From IMG/VR virus record IMGVR_UViG_3300020456_000177, positions 1,719 to 65,718 of that record: a stretch of DNA of 64,000 nucleotides, one strand, 5' to 3'. Every line of letters starts with the position of its first letter. The first letter of the stretch is position 1. Both the position numbers and the translations under genes were made by a program. This document shows, piece by piece, positions 51,201 through 58,311 of the stretch. The DNA comes from a virus. Lineage: Duplodnaviria; Caudoviricetes. The notes beneath the pieces are model-generated. The model saw only the letters and a program-made list of their open reading frames with translations. It was not told where the DNA came from and did not search any database.

Positions 51201-52785
51201 CTGTATTAATGCCAGTGAGATTTCCATTTACAGTAATGGCATTAGTGTTTAGATTGATCGTTTGAACTTCTAAATTAGTCGCATCAATCTCTTGAGAAGA
51301 TCTTCTTACAATATCAACACGGTCTCCTACCTTCAGACTGGATCTATCAATCGAAGATTGTACATTAAAGGTAGATCCATTGAAACTGGATACAAAATAC
51401 CTTGAAGAGCTGTTATAGACCCAAGAGTTAAAGAATACTTTTTTGTAACTGATATCTTCATCACTATTGTCAATAACTTCTCCAAGATTTTTTACAGAAA
51501 TGATAGAATTCTCTTCTGAAGAGAAAACATTATCATCTGTCTTCAATCCTTTCAATACACCGGTAAGGGTGAAGATTACTGGTTTGGTGAGATCATTATT
51601 TTCATATGCATATACCTGAAGATCTTGAATAATCTCAGATCTTGGATTAATGGCACTAGTAATTCCGGTACAACCCAAAAATTGGGTAACTGTCTTGTCA
51701 GTATATGTGACAGTGCTCATTCCGACTTGGAATGTTCCAGATTGCGGGAATCCGATAGTGGAATCAACAGTAATTACAGAATCGGTAGTTTCTGTGGTTC
51801 CAATAGTGAAACTACTGCCAGGAATGATAAAAGTGCCTTCTACAAGACTCTCATCACCAAATCCAGTGAATAGGGAAATCTTATAGTAGGTTTGTCTGCC
51901 AATATCATCTGTGGTGCCTCTAGTAAAGATTTCTACTTCCGAGATGGGTCCACTAGCAGCACCAATACCGATATTGGTTTGTGCATCTTGGAAAAGAGTA
52001 GCACCGGAGATCAGTTTTGGATTTCCGCTGATTAGTTTGGCAACAACTACCTTTCTGCGAATAAATTCGGCAGAAGAAGGTCTCGAAAGGAATTGTTCCA
52101 GATCAATGACCTTGGAATCTACACCAAACAGAACTTTGAGCAGAATCTTGATCGATTCTTCCGTGCCTTTGCTCTGATATAAACTTCTAGACTCTTTAAT
52201 GAAATTATTGACACTCAGATCAGGAGCAAATGCTACATTCTCTAATCCGGGTGTATAAAGTCCTTTTAATTTGTTATAAAACTCTTTCAGGAACAGAGCA
52301 CTGAGATTTTGTACTGCAGTGCCGTTAGAATGGTCAGCCGCAACACTTGTGGAGAATACTAACTCCTCTGGTTGGTTTGGAGCATGATAAGATGTAATAC
52401 CGGAGAATCCACGGACACATCCCGTGAAAGAATTCGTTGTTACTCCAGTATATGTGATAATTTCATCATTTAAACGGAAAAGTCCGTATTCTTCAGGGAA
52501 TCCTTTCGTATTAGTTACAAAAATCTCCGTATCTGTGCTATTAACAGCAGAAGATACCGTAGACATCCCGACAATGATCTCGGGAGTCAATTTATCAAGT
52601 TTTAGATACTTATCTAAGTTCTCAGCAATATCTACAGGACCACCAGCATACTCTTGAGACGTATAGTACGATCTCAGAAAATCCACTACAAGTGGATTCT
52701 CATCTTTGATAAACTCAGGCAGTTGACTGTCTACAACTTGCTGAATTTTAACTCTAGATTCGAATACGGAATTCGTGTTTATCAT
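39238..52785 (-). CDS. g7: Giant baseplate wedge initiator (gp7-like, 4515 aa)
   Basis: SQLPEFI, YQSKGTEESIKILLKVLFG, HSPIIGWSYDG.PIYG, DNDYYQ..SY, VHPSG; lies between g6 and g8. Confidence 0.8.
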   Translation of the reverse strand: MINTNSVFESRVKIQQVVDSQLPEFIKDENPLVVDFLRSYYTSQEYAGGPVDIAENLDKYLKLDKLTPEIIVGMSTVSSAVNSTDTEIFVTNTKGFPEEYGLFRLNDEIITYTGVTTNSFTGCVRGFSGITSYHAPNQPEELVFSTSVAADHSNGTAVQNLSALFLKEFYNKLKGLYTPGLENVAFAPDLSVNNFIKESRSLYQSKGTEESIKILLKVLFGVDSKVIDLEQFLSRPSSAEFIRRKVVVAKLISGNPKLISGATLFQDAQTNIGIGAASGPISEVEIFTRGTTDDIGRQTYYKISLFTGFGDESLVEGTFIIPGSSFTIGTTETTDSVITVDSTIGFPQSGTFQVGMSTVTYTDKTVTQFLGCTGITSAINPRSEIIQDLQVYAYENNDLTKPVIFTLTGVLKGLKTDDNVFSSEENSIISVKNLGEVIDNSDEDISYKKVFFNSWVYNSSSRYFVSSFNGSTFNVQSSIDRSSLKVGDRVDIVRRSSQEIDATNLEVQTINLNTNAITVNGNLTGINTDLKYDIRKRISKATSVGSTLSAGNDALASDILNAYNENNDFGYVASNSLPSYEIRPVTTKVNIATASTTSGAILGYDSNTLNYDTLAFSANVPFVTGDEVFYDPEVTPIIGLHTGSYYVNVDSANPNRVKLALSKSFLDAQSFVRFTPSNNGPHEFILSEQRVDEIQPQKLLKKFPLSQNLMSGNDTTTEPGPTGMLINGVEIVNYKSDDSVYYGPITNVGIFTGGSNYDAANAPSVVVSDPEVSTGTTALVQPVVSGSFVDVEVDPVSFDIEEIVSINITGGNGEGATASATLASEFREVFFNANSLANGGGVSAADNTITFDTVHNFQTGDSIVYNDLGTPALGISTDSANDAIQNLTLQSGEIYFSRFINSRTVQLFNTKAEAQSGINTIGITTENNAGLMKFRTTNKKLKLDRINILNPGQSYSNRKLIVKSTGINTANDTIVFNNHNFTDGDFVEYEFFDTGVVGLSTTTRYKVLAVDNKSFRLANAGVGGTNLTDYIRRKHVALDSVGVGSHIFKYPAIEVTINAVTTQQTAGQFTATPVVRGAIVDAYLYEEGSDYGSETLNFEKVPKLTVTSGSGAAVSPIIINGRIENAFVQNGGSGYTSPPELEVTSSPVGIATTGTGARLRALINNVGVVTDVVVLGKGQNYDINTTSIKVNSVGSGAILNGFVRKLQVNKFAKINDNGGEIVNPTPRNGLEYAAIGYGSTFRVEFGDGGSAHSPIIGWSYDGVPIYGSYGYVDPENIQSGIKRVGTGYTSVITNITNRPSTTVFPPGFFVDDFVYDGSGDLDEYNGRFAITNEFPNGVYAYYATIDTIGNPEFPFFVGPHYRCAPIAENLDPAVKISQAFDFNNSDLVRNTFPQKIGDSAASYDFVIEPYKVFVQDAIVESISRGSFDSVSVAATGNGKYGVGDVVNFIEFAPGEGTGLAAEVSSIVGKSVVSIASTDEIYENVVVKWKNSKEVELVSDVNFDLIDQDVVQITGLSTFVKDLTGSQVANTINPISNLVVGFGTTGVSGMVTDISVANIPVSIGNSIKVSTETLGVLNVFDADGIIRVKRYPSETANGGVAHTATESVSYLPQAFTVNVETPYFESKDQDVIYFNPFESIGIGITAGFTTARSYQFNGVTTTRTIQTQNIFLPNHPFVTNQHLAYVGSGTSTIGISTSPTGNRFDMPADVFAIKTSKDTIGIATVLNGDKVYFRDVTNTDFYDYVLQSQYQQITADVKKVTATVTTGEDHNLENADVIKLDLKSNLTRGVGAGSSIVLKIAKDNLLVNPVAISSAGVNTSTNVITLTDHEYSTGDKVFYESTEVIGGLTTGTFYIYTIDKDNFSLGETERDIQVFPPNIVSLTSVGGTSQSIARINPPLSVYKNDDVVFNLEDTSLTGFEFKIYYDQDFFNSTVSTGQTDSFLINSSGTIGSAGAALTVSYSTNFPEILYYNVERSGFISTADKTVTGYNEIQYNNSVFSGEYSISGVTSTTYGINLTHVPERVSYASTECDLLKYTTKSTSANGSIDKVDLIFPGLDYKKFPSISSITSGLGTDTVLRLNSSTVGKLDTVRLLTPGFSYPSDKTLSPEASIPNELNVRDYQTLFSVSILSGGRNFQTPPNVILYNPSTNEVVPDFQGSTELAGNSVSPTVDGVPGVRIDKNPVGLEDDVVYEAYTVNNDNGVSIVSVASTQNNNVTLQIATPVLGFTTAPFQVGDSIFVEGIGMGGTTGEGHNSADYGYQKFTVASYDSTSNPNLLTYNLNSFVSAGASVGVAQTTPSLFAQVILAEDLPILRVTKQNARFEPGELLYVNSDFSNGSTDLTVISFNDLTGKLNISGSTRIESGDTLTGGTSGSKCTIDNVVSYVGSFEIDAFSDVTRGWKDDIGKLSEDYSVMGDNDYYQRMSYSIQSEKTFDDVISYVNENVHPSGFKNFKDMQLTPSASLLNGQNVGASLTTAQEEPFLVLDVIADEGALRVDTINDFDFARDVDATTTTSKSIDLENIRITDYILNKTNRVIPIDDISGQFLGGPQDEFLSYADVFQFASGRRTNKFLVQTRNITENDELNVREVILVANSNNTYTLEKAGAGDSIGEYDGSYDGVQYALRFSPNDPDDVDYEIKALQTIFTNNTGFGSQAIGFVDLYSQQVTIGAANTSTILGFTTAITDTIYGSFEIYDSTDDRTDYVEVVLTHNDDDTHLTEVAAFNTNVGLNGLSGPFIGTFGSDLTSGVMNLVYHNDGANEVTVKSQIIGIGTTATGIGTYRFAPQGTPAGAERTGRFESNFALVTGGTKTKIAGISSTVDGSAKALVRVSIGETQAIHQVYITNDSTSQVETDVASFAYASVNDVNGIGTFSAEYSNDGVDIMFHPDYSGDIEAQTFSEIIYTELDQNSNDDGVGGTTYGGITQQALHSVYFGLNQRDKTAFEAKHNGSPIYAKTLDPSNTGILSTTTGTFTMDHFFYSGEELQYRAESNLAGVAGTGIVYQSGAGTTARLPETVYAIRLNQGRFRVAISTANALAGTAATFTAVGSGNQHIFSMVKRASKTLLTIDNIAQGPISRTPFEEQTMHAVGAGTSIIQLSGIASARANDILRINDEYMRITTVGLGSTNASGITGLSTLPLAEVTRGYVGSSAVAHGQFDTVTLYRGAFNIIDSTIHFTEPPRGPGITRLNDRNLPLPRSSFQGRVYLRKDYDTNAVFDDIADEFDGTKSNFILTSDKQNITGIGTTGGNGVVFINGIFQSPSSPNNPDNNFGITESSGISSITFTGVRSDTGQIIDPSDINKNQLPRGGVPITFGSTTGLGFAPLVPAEVIPTVTLGQLTAVSGVSTTSPNVSITNVNYDNVTGVMTVTAANHELTVGDKIRLRNIQFTCPANGPFTNNFTYPSDKGVSFDISSFVYDNLTGLSTVGLTSAHNFRVGRMVHLEGIEFSCAAPHAGVTTTIFPDGSSGRKAVDINKYPIIGIAGTNSFLVNVGVCTIPHNYVGNGTAFEVKPTGPYYATKILSDSQFETQVGIVTFAHTYNTGGTVAKWNNATFGSGYSTVTAPAIAVTEAGHTGAEALVSATVGAGGTLIFTINQAGSGYVDPTINIAPPSYDNLTIEGVSRLSVGATTEVGLGMSVTVGVLGINTHYNNIPIVDFDYTDTIGIATVSAVGHGFTSGDVVRLKNLQFSPAAPVGSGGTIFPHSDISVDYTVLQYVDENRFTVNIGIADTQGVGYAYSAGTGGVAISGVGATMFEVKQFDIPKRGYGFLKGDVFRITGITTDPTAGDNYQDFTLTIVDAFQDNFASWQFGELDYIDSVKAFQDGINARFPLAYNDQLISFETDPTDPDSVLIDIKYLLLVFVNGILQVPGESYEFFGGTSILFSEAPAPEDNVDIFFYRGTGGDDSFLKDVYETLKPGDEVRLKRTPLIEKNDAAYDFSNFSQEYKRTIVGIKSSSEIETTLYRGEGVNTVEPKPLSWTKQKVDKFLGGTWIPKARDSIEAQVYPTAKIISNVVSTGTTQIFVDNNELFLGATGNTNELGAIMISGFSTAGIGSTTTVPTEVITGILPGGVRGYQGIVTGIQTSFARLEEFTGFDVSKTVYRKQLGLTDGTNNDPQGLFIRPDGERLYVLDGNTLRVTAWNLSTAFELDTATIDNTNHIGIGTQLQSVFDLDFSTDGTRMYVIGQGAAAPFVFQVNQFNLTTPWELTSVLPAGVSTNTTISNQGQLHRSLQVVNSGQQMITLSPSQACFRNYDFGTNFDITTISFGSSIAVTDDAAPSDFNFSTNGEKMLVIGADTQRFLEYNLTSGWDISTLGIGSTSSYVLGAGVSHSSTIKPDGERVFLVSNAGVGSQFHFSVPPAGLGLIFQLDLTDVPGGLAERQELVRGYRMLVYDTAVGTGVTTIVGSAISTGIGTDNVIGISSNNLDNIYEVYYSQFDGTNGIATCFVDPATNIVGIATTGDYHNPAGKMTWGRITGYDRGTPAVNILPDGNHFDVGMSTYPTFQRRNSGLRDTGALKKSL

Positions 52786-54689
52786 TGTCTACTTAATTGT
52801 CCGTTAGTATAACTGGATGCTACTGGGAAACCAACTCCTGAAATTTGTTCACCTGATGCAATGGTGTCCCTTGCCATATTTATGGTGCTATTCGAGATAT
52901 CTAGTTGCAAATACAGGTCTTTCAGACCAATCACATCATTGGACTCTGGAACTGCCTGAATTTCAATAATATCGTCATTTTTAACAGTAGATGTAATATT
53001 GATGGCATTAATAATAATTTCACCCTTCATGTAGTCCACTGTACCGGCATTAGGAACGACAACAACGGGTCCAGACTCAGATTCCTTAACAACAGAGATT
53101 ACACCCGTCTTATAACCGGTATTAGGCACGTCTGTGAAGAATACTACTTCAGAGGATCCCTCTACAGTAAATCCTGTGCTCTTAATATTGAATCCTTCAG
53201 ATACAACGTGGAATTGGTTGCCATAGCAAATCTCATATTGAGTATACTGGTTAATCAGTGCTCTCAAATTGCGTCTAATAATGATATTTGTGATATTTGA
53301 CGTAATTGCATAATTCGTATCGTCAATAACCTTGATTGCTCTGCTATATTTGAATCTACCACCAAAAGCATTCAAATCAACCGAATCTGAGTAACTATTC
53401 AGACTAGAAACAACATCAGTCTTAAGTTGATTAGCATCAGTAACCTTACTTGTGTCGTAGAATACTGTAGAATCCAATTCTACGTACAAAAGCTTCAAAT
53501 CTTCGATTCTTTGGTTTACACCTGCAACAGTATACTTCTTCAAATCTTGTAAAATCTCACTTTTGGTGAAATCCGACAAAAATGTGCCATTTTTTGGTTT
53601 AATGCTCAAAACGACTGTTCCAAATTCTGGTGGATCCAGTTCTTCACCACCTACAACAGAAACAGACTCAGTATCTGGATACACTCTCTGCACGATTGCC
53701 TCATAATCTCTTGCAGTGACTGCTCTATACTGAGAAGAGTATAATCTAGGTGCAAAATACTTGATAGACTCAACTGGTTCAATATCAGCACCGTTAATGG
53801 CACTTTGATTAGTAGTTACGGTAACTGTATTCGATGGTAAGAAAGAAACCATCAAACTATTCTCTACAGTTCCTACAAATGAGAAGTTTGCGGCACCATT
53901 TCCGGTTGTTCCATCACTAATGATGTAAGATACTTCGATTACTGCTCCATTTTCTAATTTTTTACCGAAAATTCCGTCACCAAACAGCAATTCGTATCTT
54001 TCATCCGCAATCTCTTGCAATAAGTAGATTTCTGAAATGGAAGAAATATCAATAATGTTCTCTACTTGTCTATATTCTCTTCCTGTAGTTTCTTGAGGTC
54101 CTTTTACAGTAACTCTGATCGTACTTGTGTCAATTCCAGGGTTATCAAGGATAAACCTCTGATCCTCCGATTGGTTGACCGTGAATGCCTTTGTAAGGAG
54201 TGTTCCTTGGTAGATATCGATATTGTTAAACGTAGACCTTCTAGGTCCATTTCCGTTGGTTGCAGCACCAGTCAATACTGTGGTTGTTGTGATGTCCTCA
54301 GGAATGGAAAATACAACAGATGTGTTATCTTGAGCACCAACACAGACCAAACCCTTCTTTAAAGTGGTCGATGGACTAGTTCCAGTGAATTCAATGTTGA
54401 AACTCACCTGCGCCGTCGCAGATTTTCTGGATCTAGGGACATAACCAATGTTTCTTGCCAAAGAAACTACGTTTTCACGCACAGTTGCCGAATCGATGAA
54501 CGATTCATTGACAACCATGTTAGAATTGAACGCAGTAATGTACGTATTATACGCAAGCGTGTCAATTAAAACGGAAAAATTTGATCCTTCAAAGTCAAAA
54601 TCCGTAAAATTGGAGTTTGAACGCAAATAAGACTTAATTTGCGTCTTTATTTGATCAAAATCTAGATCTGTAAACTTAGTTAATGGCAT
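52782..54689 (-). CDS. g6: Baseplate wedge subunit gp6
   Basis: LDFDQIK, FTDFDFEGSN, LAYNTY, FGDGIFGK, RAVTARDY. Confidence 0.93.
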   Translation of the reverse strand: MPLTKFTDLDFDQIKTQIKSYLRSNSNFTDFDFEGSNFSVLIDTLAYNTYITAFNSNMVVNESFIDSATVRENVVSLARNIGYVPRSRKSATAQVSFNIEFTGTSPSTTLKKGLVCVGAQDNTSVVFSIPEDITTTTVLTGAATNGNGPRRSTFNNIDIYQGTLLTKAFTVNQSEDQRFILDNPGIDTSTIRVTVKGPQETTGREYRQVENIIDISSISEIYLLQEIADERYELLFGDGIFGKKLENGAVIEVSYIISDGTTGNGAANFSFVGTVENSLMVSFLPSNTVTVTTNQSAINGADIEPVESIKYFAPRLYSSQYRAVTARDYEAIVQRVYPDTESVSVVGGEELDPPEFGTVVLSIKPKNGTFLSDFTKSEILQDLKKYTVAGVNQRIEDLKLLYVELDSTVFYDTSKVTDANQLKTDVVSSLNSYSDSVDLNAFGGRFKYSRAIKVIDDTNYAITSNITNIIIRRNLRALINQYTQYEICYGNQFHVVSEGFNIKSTGFTVEGSSEVVFFTDVPNTGYKTGVISVVKESESGPVVVVPNAGTVDYMKGEIIINAINITSTVKNDDIIEIQAVPESNDVIGLKDLYLQLDISNSTINMARDTIASGEQISGVGFPVASSYTNGQLSRQ

Positions 54690-54690
54690 T

Positions 54691-55092
54691 TTATCTCGTT
54701 ACCTCAAGTAAAAAAGAGATATTTTGGGGTGGAAGGTCTTGTCCAACAATATCGAATGCTACAGTTACCTCAAAACTGTTATCATCGGGTCTTGGTTCGA
54801 CTGAAACGTTCAAATTTGCCGCTCTTGGCTCATAATTGAGGATAGTTTCAGTAATTTGGTCTGTAATTATGGATGCAGTTCCATAATCTACGAACTCAAA
54901 CAAAGAACTCCTTACATTAGACCCCAAATCAGGGTTAAAAAACCTCTCAGTAGGAATTGTCTCGACCAGATTCCTTACTGATCGAGCAATTGCACGTTCG
55001 TTTACCAATACTGGGAGGTCTTTTGTTACTGGGTGAGGTTTAAATGACAGTGAAATGTCTTTAAATGCTCTAGAAACCCTTGTCGAAGCCAT
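54691..55092 (-). CDS. g25: Baseplate wedge subunit gp25
   Basis: FKDISLSF..HPVT.D, SVRNLV.T...ERFF.P.LGS, YEPR. Confidence 0.93.
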   Translation of the reverse strand: MASTRVSRAFKDISLSFKPHPVTKDLPVLVNERAIARSVRNLVETIPTERFFNPDLGSNVRSSLFEFVDYGTASIITDQITETILNYEPRAANLNVSVEPRPDDNSFEVTVAFDIVGQDLPPQNISFLLEVTR

Positions 55093-55120
55093 GAATAGGC
55101 ATAATTTTAGATTATGAACC

Positions 55121-55128
55121 TATTTATT
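55121..55128 (-). promoter_or_regulatory. Late promoter for the g25-g6-g7 operon
   Basis: AATAAATA about 30 nt upstream of g25. Confidence 0.65.
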
Positions 55129-55372
55129 ACCCATTACAGTAAGTTGGCTCAGTACCATATTCCCAATCATCATAGTCATCATCATTGCGAATCTCTTCAG
55201 CAAGCATATTTTGACGTTTGATGTCATTTACATGATCACCAACGACTTCTCTAAGCATTTGTTCTTCTGGTTTTTTCATTGGTTTAGTCCAATAATCGGT
55301 AATTAATCCTCTAGTACCCCACATTGCTTCCATATAATCTGCATCTCTATCTGGATGTGGTTGAGTTGCCAT
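55127..55372 (-). CDS. Hypothetical protein
   Basis: 81-aa ORF, WGT..LITDY, DDWEYGTEP. Confidence 0.65.
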   Translation of the reverse strand: MATQPHPDRDADYMEAMWGTRGLITDYWTKPMKKPEEQMLREVVGDHVNDIKRQNMLAEEIRNDDDYDDWEYGTEPTYCNG

Positions 55373-55379
55373 TAAGAAT

Positions 55380-55414
55380 CCCCTCTAGAGTTCGTTTCAG
55401 AACTTTTAGAGGGG
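55380..55414. promoter_or_regulatory. Intergenic hairpin covering the SD of 55127..55372
   Basis: Minus strand CCCCTCTA-AAAGTTC-TGAAAC-GAACTC-TAGAGGGG, then ATTCTTA ATG. Confidence 0.55.
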
Positions 55415-55417
55415 TTG

Positions 55418-55666
55418 CTATCCCTTTTCATTATTTAGTTTTTCCTCTTTAACCTTCTTAAAATACAATTTATAGTATCTACCCTTAATTTCTTCTAGAG
55501 TTTCCATATCTTCTTTGAAACCACAATACTTTAGTATCTGATATGCACTCTCAAGATCACTGATTACTCTTAAAATGTTGGTAGCATGCGGCTCCATACC
55601 ACCAAATACGTATTTTCTAGAATCCTTTTCAATAAATTGGATACTTTCAGGTCTGTCTGTCCACAT
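55418..55666 (-). CDS. Hypothetical protein
   Basis: 82-aa ORF in the operon. Confidence 0.6.
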   Translation of the reverse strand: MWTDRPESIQFIEKDSRKYVFGGMEPHATNILRVISDLESAYQILKYCGFKEDMETLEEIKGRYYKLYFKKVKEEKLNNEKG

Positions 55667-56318
55667 AAAATCCTTTCCTCAAATAATCTTGCTCTTCAAT
55701 AAAGGTATATCCATCCTTTTCAACTACTTCTTCATCATTCCATACGGGAATACACACGGTATTGTTATATGCAAAGTCAGGATTTCTTCTAAACTGCACT
55801 TCTATCAGTTTACCACCAATAAATTCGCAGTTAATCCACCCATAACGATACATTCCAATGGTAGTTAGTATATTAGGATACGGCATTTGCACATCAACTT
55901 TCTCCCATCTACTGAATCTATACAAATCTTCAGTATCTCTAAACCCTTGTACGGTAAGTCTTTGTCGTTTTACATGATAATCTACAGAGTGATCCATTGC
56001 ATACTCTGGATAGCACCCTGTTCTATCCTCATGATACTCATAATCTACCGAAATATGATCACCTTCAAAGACTTCACACCAAAACTCAGCAGGATGAAAG
56101 TGTTCAGTATTATCTTCAATCCATTCAATGCGTGAATATCGTCCCATACCCATTAGGTTCATGCATGGACGCACAATATAAAAACCAGGTTTAGGAACTT
56201 CTAGTCCTGCAGGACCACAAGTATAACCTAAACGCTGGCTTAGAAACAACTTATTGTATATCCACAGATGCTCAGGGAGTATTCTATTCCATTCCTGAGC
56301 AACTGTATGACAATACAT
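55647..56318 (-). CDS. Minimal ATP-grasp-fold protein
   Basis: YNKL, IVRP..NLMGMG, EVFEGDHISVD, CEFIGGKLIEVQFR resemble ATP-grasp motifs (DK, VKP..G.G, EE...G, IEVN.R). Confidence 0.6.
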   Translation of the reverse strand: MYCHTVAQEWNRILPEHLWIYNKLFLSQRLGYTCGPAGLEVPKPGFYIVRPCMNLMGMGRYSRIEWIEDNTEHFHPAEFWCEVFEGDHISVDYEYHEDRTGCYPEYAMDHSVDYHVKRQRLTVQGFRDTEDLYRFSRWEKVDVQMPYPNILTTIGMYRYGWINCEFIGGKLIEVQFRRNPDFAYNNTVCIPVWNDEEVVEKDGYTFIEEQDYLRKGFYVDRQT

Positions 56319-56320
56319 TT

Positions 56321-56470
56321 TTATTTACCCTGTCCTCGATACTTCTTCTTTGCTACATTACGGGAAGTTGCAGCATACTTTGTGTTTTTGGAATTGCCTT
56401 GACGGGTACACTTGGGATTCCCTGGCATGAAATTAAGACCAGAGATGCCAACTTTAGACCGAACTGCCAT
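56321..56470 (-). CDS. Small highly basic peptide (49 aa)
   Basis: Hand-translated MAVRSKVGISGLNFMPGNPKCTRQGNSKNTKYAATSRNVAKKKYRGQGK; SD-like GAGG upstream; fills the gap exactly. Confidence 0.7.
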   Translation of the reverse strand: MAVRSKVGISGLNFMPGNPKCTRQGNSKNTKYAATSRNVAKKKYRGQGK

Positions 56471-56648
56471 TTTCTTGATTTACCTCAATAGTTTCATAAG
56501 TAATGTCGTCGGGATGTGGGTGTCCACAGTGATAGAAAGACAGAGCCATATCCTCCATAAAATCAAAGAAGTAATCCTCGGAAATTTCCTTATGGATTAC
56601 TTCTCCTCGACACATGATATTATACACCACCTGTCGTTGATTTGTCAT
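56454..56648 (-). CDS. Hypothetical protein
   Basis: 64-aa ORF coupled to the GT stop. Confidence 0.65.
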   Translation of the reverse strand: MTNQRQVVYNIMCRGEVIHKEISEDYFFDFMEDMALSFYHCGHPHPDDITYETIEVNQENGSSV

Positions 56649-57412
56649 CAGATGACCCTCGTCTTTTCGTGACCAACACGAATACGGGGATCACACCAGA
56701 TTTCATAACCTGCTTCGATAGCATCGAGACAGAACGAAACGTCTTCTCCACACATATCTTGCACTTCACCAGAGTTGAAACGTTGCATCTTAGGTGCGAA
56801 CCAAGGATACTCCATCTTCTCGTTCTCGAATACACCCTTCTTGATCAGAACCCAACCAAAACCAGTATAATCAACGGTGAAAGGCTTACGACGCTTAGAC
56901 ATCGTTTCATTAGTTTCGTGGTTCATGACACCACCATTGTTCTTGAAGTCATCTTCTTCCAGCCAGTGAGCAACAGAGGAAGTGTGACCATCTTCAGTAA
57001 GATACCAACCTGCGGCAATGTCCTTCTCCATGAGAACCAATTGCCAGAACTTCTCAGTATTGAACACAATATCCGAGTCAATCCAGAGTTGATAATCGTA
57101 GGGAAGTTTACCATCCCACGGAAGTTGATTGGGTCCACGCAGAACGTTTGCACCGAGACACTTGCATCGTGCAAAGTTCACCATGGAACTATAGTCTTGA
57201 GAAATTTGAATCTGAGCACCAACACCAACCAAATCAAAGCAAAGTTGTGTGAAACTCTTCAAAAAGGCAAATGAGCAACCACGTCCGGGAAGGCAGAAAA
57301 CGATACTCTTACCACGTACCATTTCTTTTGCTTTTTCGTAATCCCATTCACCTTGAGTAGGTGCATTTTGTGTTGTGGGTGCTTTTGCTTTAACTGTGAA
57401 TCCTTTAGCCAT
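56648..57412 (-). CDS. GT-A fold glycosyltransferase-like protein
   Basis: VNFARCK, LWIDSDIVF (DxD), VDYTGFG..LIKKGVFE, PWF, GEDVSFC, RVGH. Confidence 0.75.
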   Translation of the reverse strand: MAKGFTVKAKAPTTQNAPTQGEWDYEKAKEMVRGKSIVFCLPGRGCSFAFLKSFTQLCFDLVGVGAQIQISQDYSSMVNFARCKCLGANVLRGPNQLPWDGKLPYDYQLWIDSDIVFNTEKFWQLVLMEKDIAAGWYLTEDGHTSSVAHWLEEDDFKNNGGVMNHETNETMSKRRKPFTVDYTGFGWVLIKKGVFENEKMEYPWFAPKMQRFNSGEVQDMCGEDVSFCLDAIEAGYEIWCDPRIRVGHEKTRVI

Positions 57413-57459
57413 AATCTACAAAAGTTACTTCAGTATTCTAACAAATTATATAGTGGTTG

Positions 57460-58131
57460 TCAAACCCAACTGGTATCATAAGCAGAGTCTACGATACCGA
57501 ATCTACCTTTTGGCATAATATTGAATGCCATTGAGTATCTATTCGTTTTACCCTTGTATACCGATACTCTATGTTGCAAATAACTTGGGAAGAAAATCAT
57601 GTATCCATGCTTTGGTTTGAACCAATGAGAACCTGCCGTATATTCATTATCAACAACATATGGGTTGATGAAGAATGAGTGCATTGTATCTACGGGTGTG
57701 AAGAATCCAAGATTACCTTCGTCCTTATCATCATACTCATGAAAGTACAAAACACCACTGTAAAAACTATTTTTATGATAGTGTCTCTCAGAGAAACCAC
57801 CTGGTGCAATCTTAGTCAACCATGATGTGGTAATAAAAAACTCATTATCATACCTAAAGTACGAATGTGTAATTTCTGAAAACCTACATTCAATTTCGTT
57901 TTTTAAATCTGGATAATGTTCTAATATACGATGATTCACAGATGCATATGACTTAGACACATACTCCATGTAGTCACCCACACGATCTTTCTCTAGAAAG
58001 TTATCGGGACATGAGTTTTCATCAATCCAAGGAACATTTACATCAAGTTGCTTGCATAGGTCATCACTAATTTCGCAGATGAATACATTCGTAGGAAATA
58101 GTGGAATGGCATCAAAATTAGAGATTTCCAT
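57460..58131 (-). CDS. 2OG-Fe(II) oxygenase (TIGR02466-like)
   Basis: LFPT, SW, HYHKNSFYSGVLY, FFPSYLQHRV, RYSMAFN. Confidence 0.85.
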   Translation of the reverse strand: MEISNFDAIPLFPTNVFICEISDDLCKQLDVNVPWIDENSCPDNFLEKDRVGDYMEYVSKSYASVNHRILEHYPDLKNEIECRFSEITHSYFRYDNEFFITTSWLTKIAPGGFSERHYHKNSFYSGVLYFHEYDDKDEGNLGFFTPVDTMHSFFINPYVVDNEYTAGSHWFKPKHGYMIFFPSYLQHRVSVYKGKTNRYSMAFNIMPKGRFGIVDSAYDTSWV

Positions 58132-58303
58132 TTAATCGTCTTGCCTCTTCTACAATCATATTAGCACATCCTGGGATGTTATTCTCATTTAATTGTGCAA
58201 ATACACTTTCTAGAAATTCAAATGGAACATATCCAATAAAAATTCCTTCTGCCATACATTCTTCCTGCGCAATATCCAAACATTGCATAGAATAGTCTTC
58301 CAT
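58118..58303 (-). CDS. Hypothetical protein
   Basis: 61-aa ORF with SD GAGG; follows the fibre-like gene. Confidence 0.5.
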   Translation of the reverse strand: MEDYSMQCLDIAQEECMAEGIFIGYVPFEFLESVFAQLNENNIPGCANMIVEEARRLNGNL

Positions 58304-58311
58304 TGTACCTC

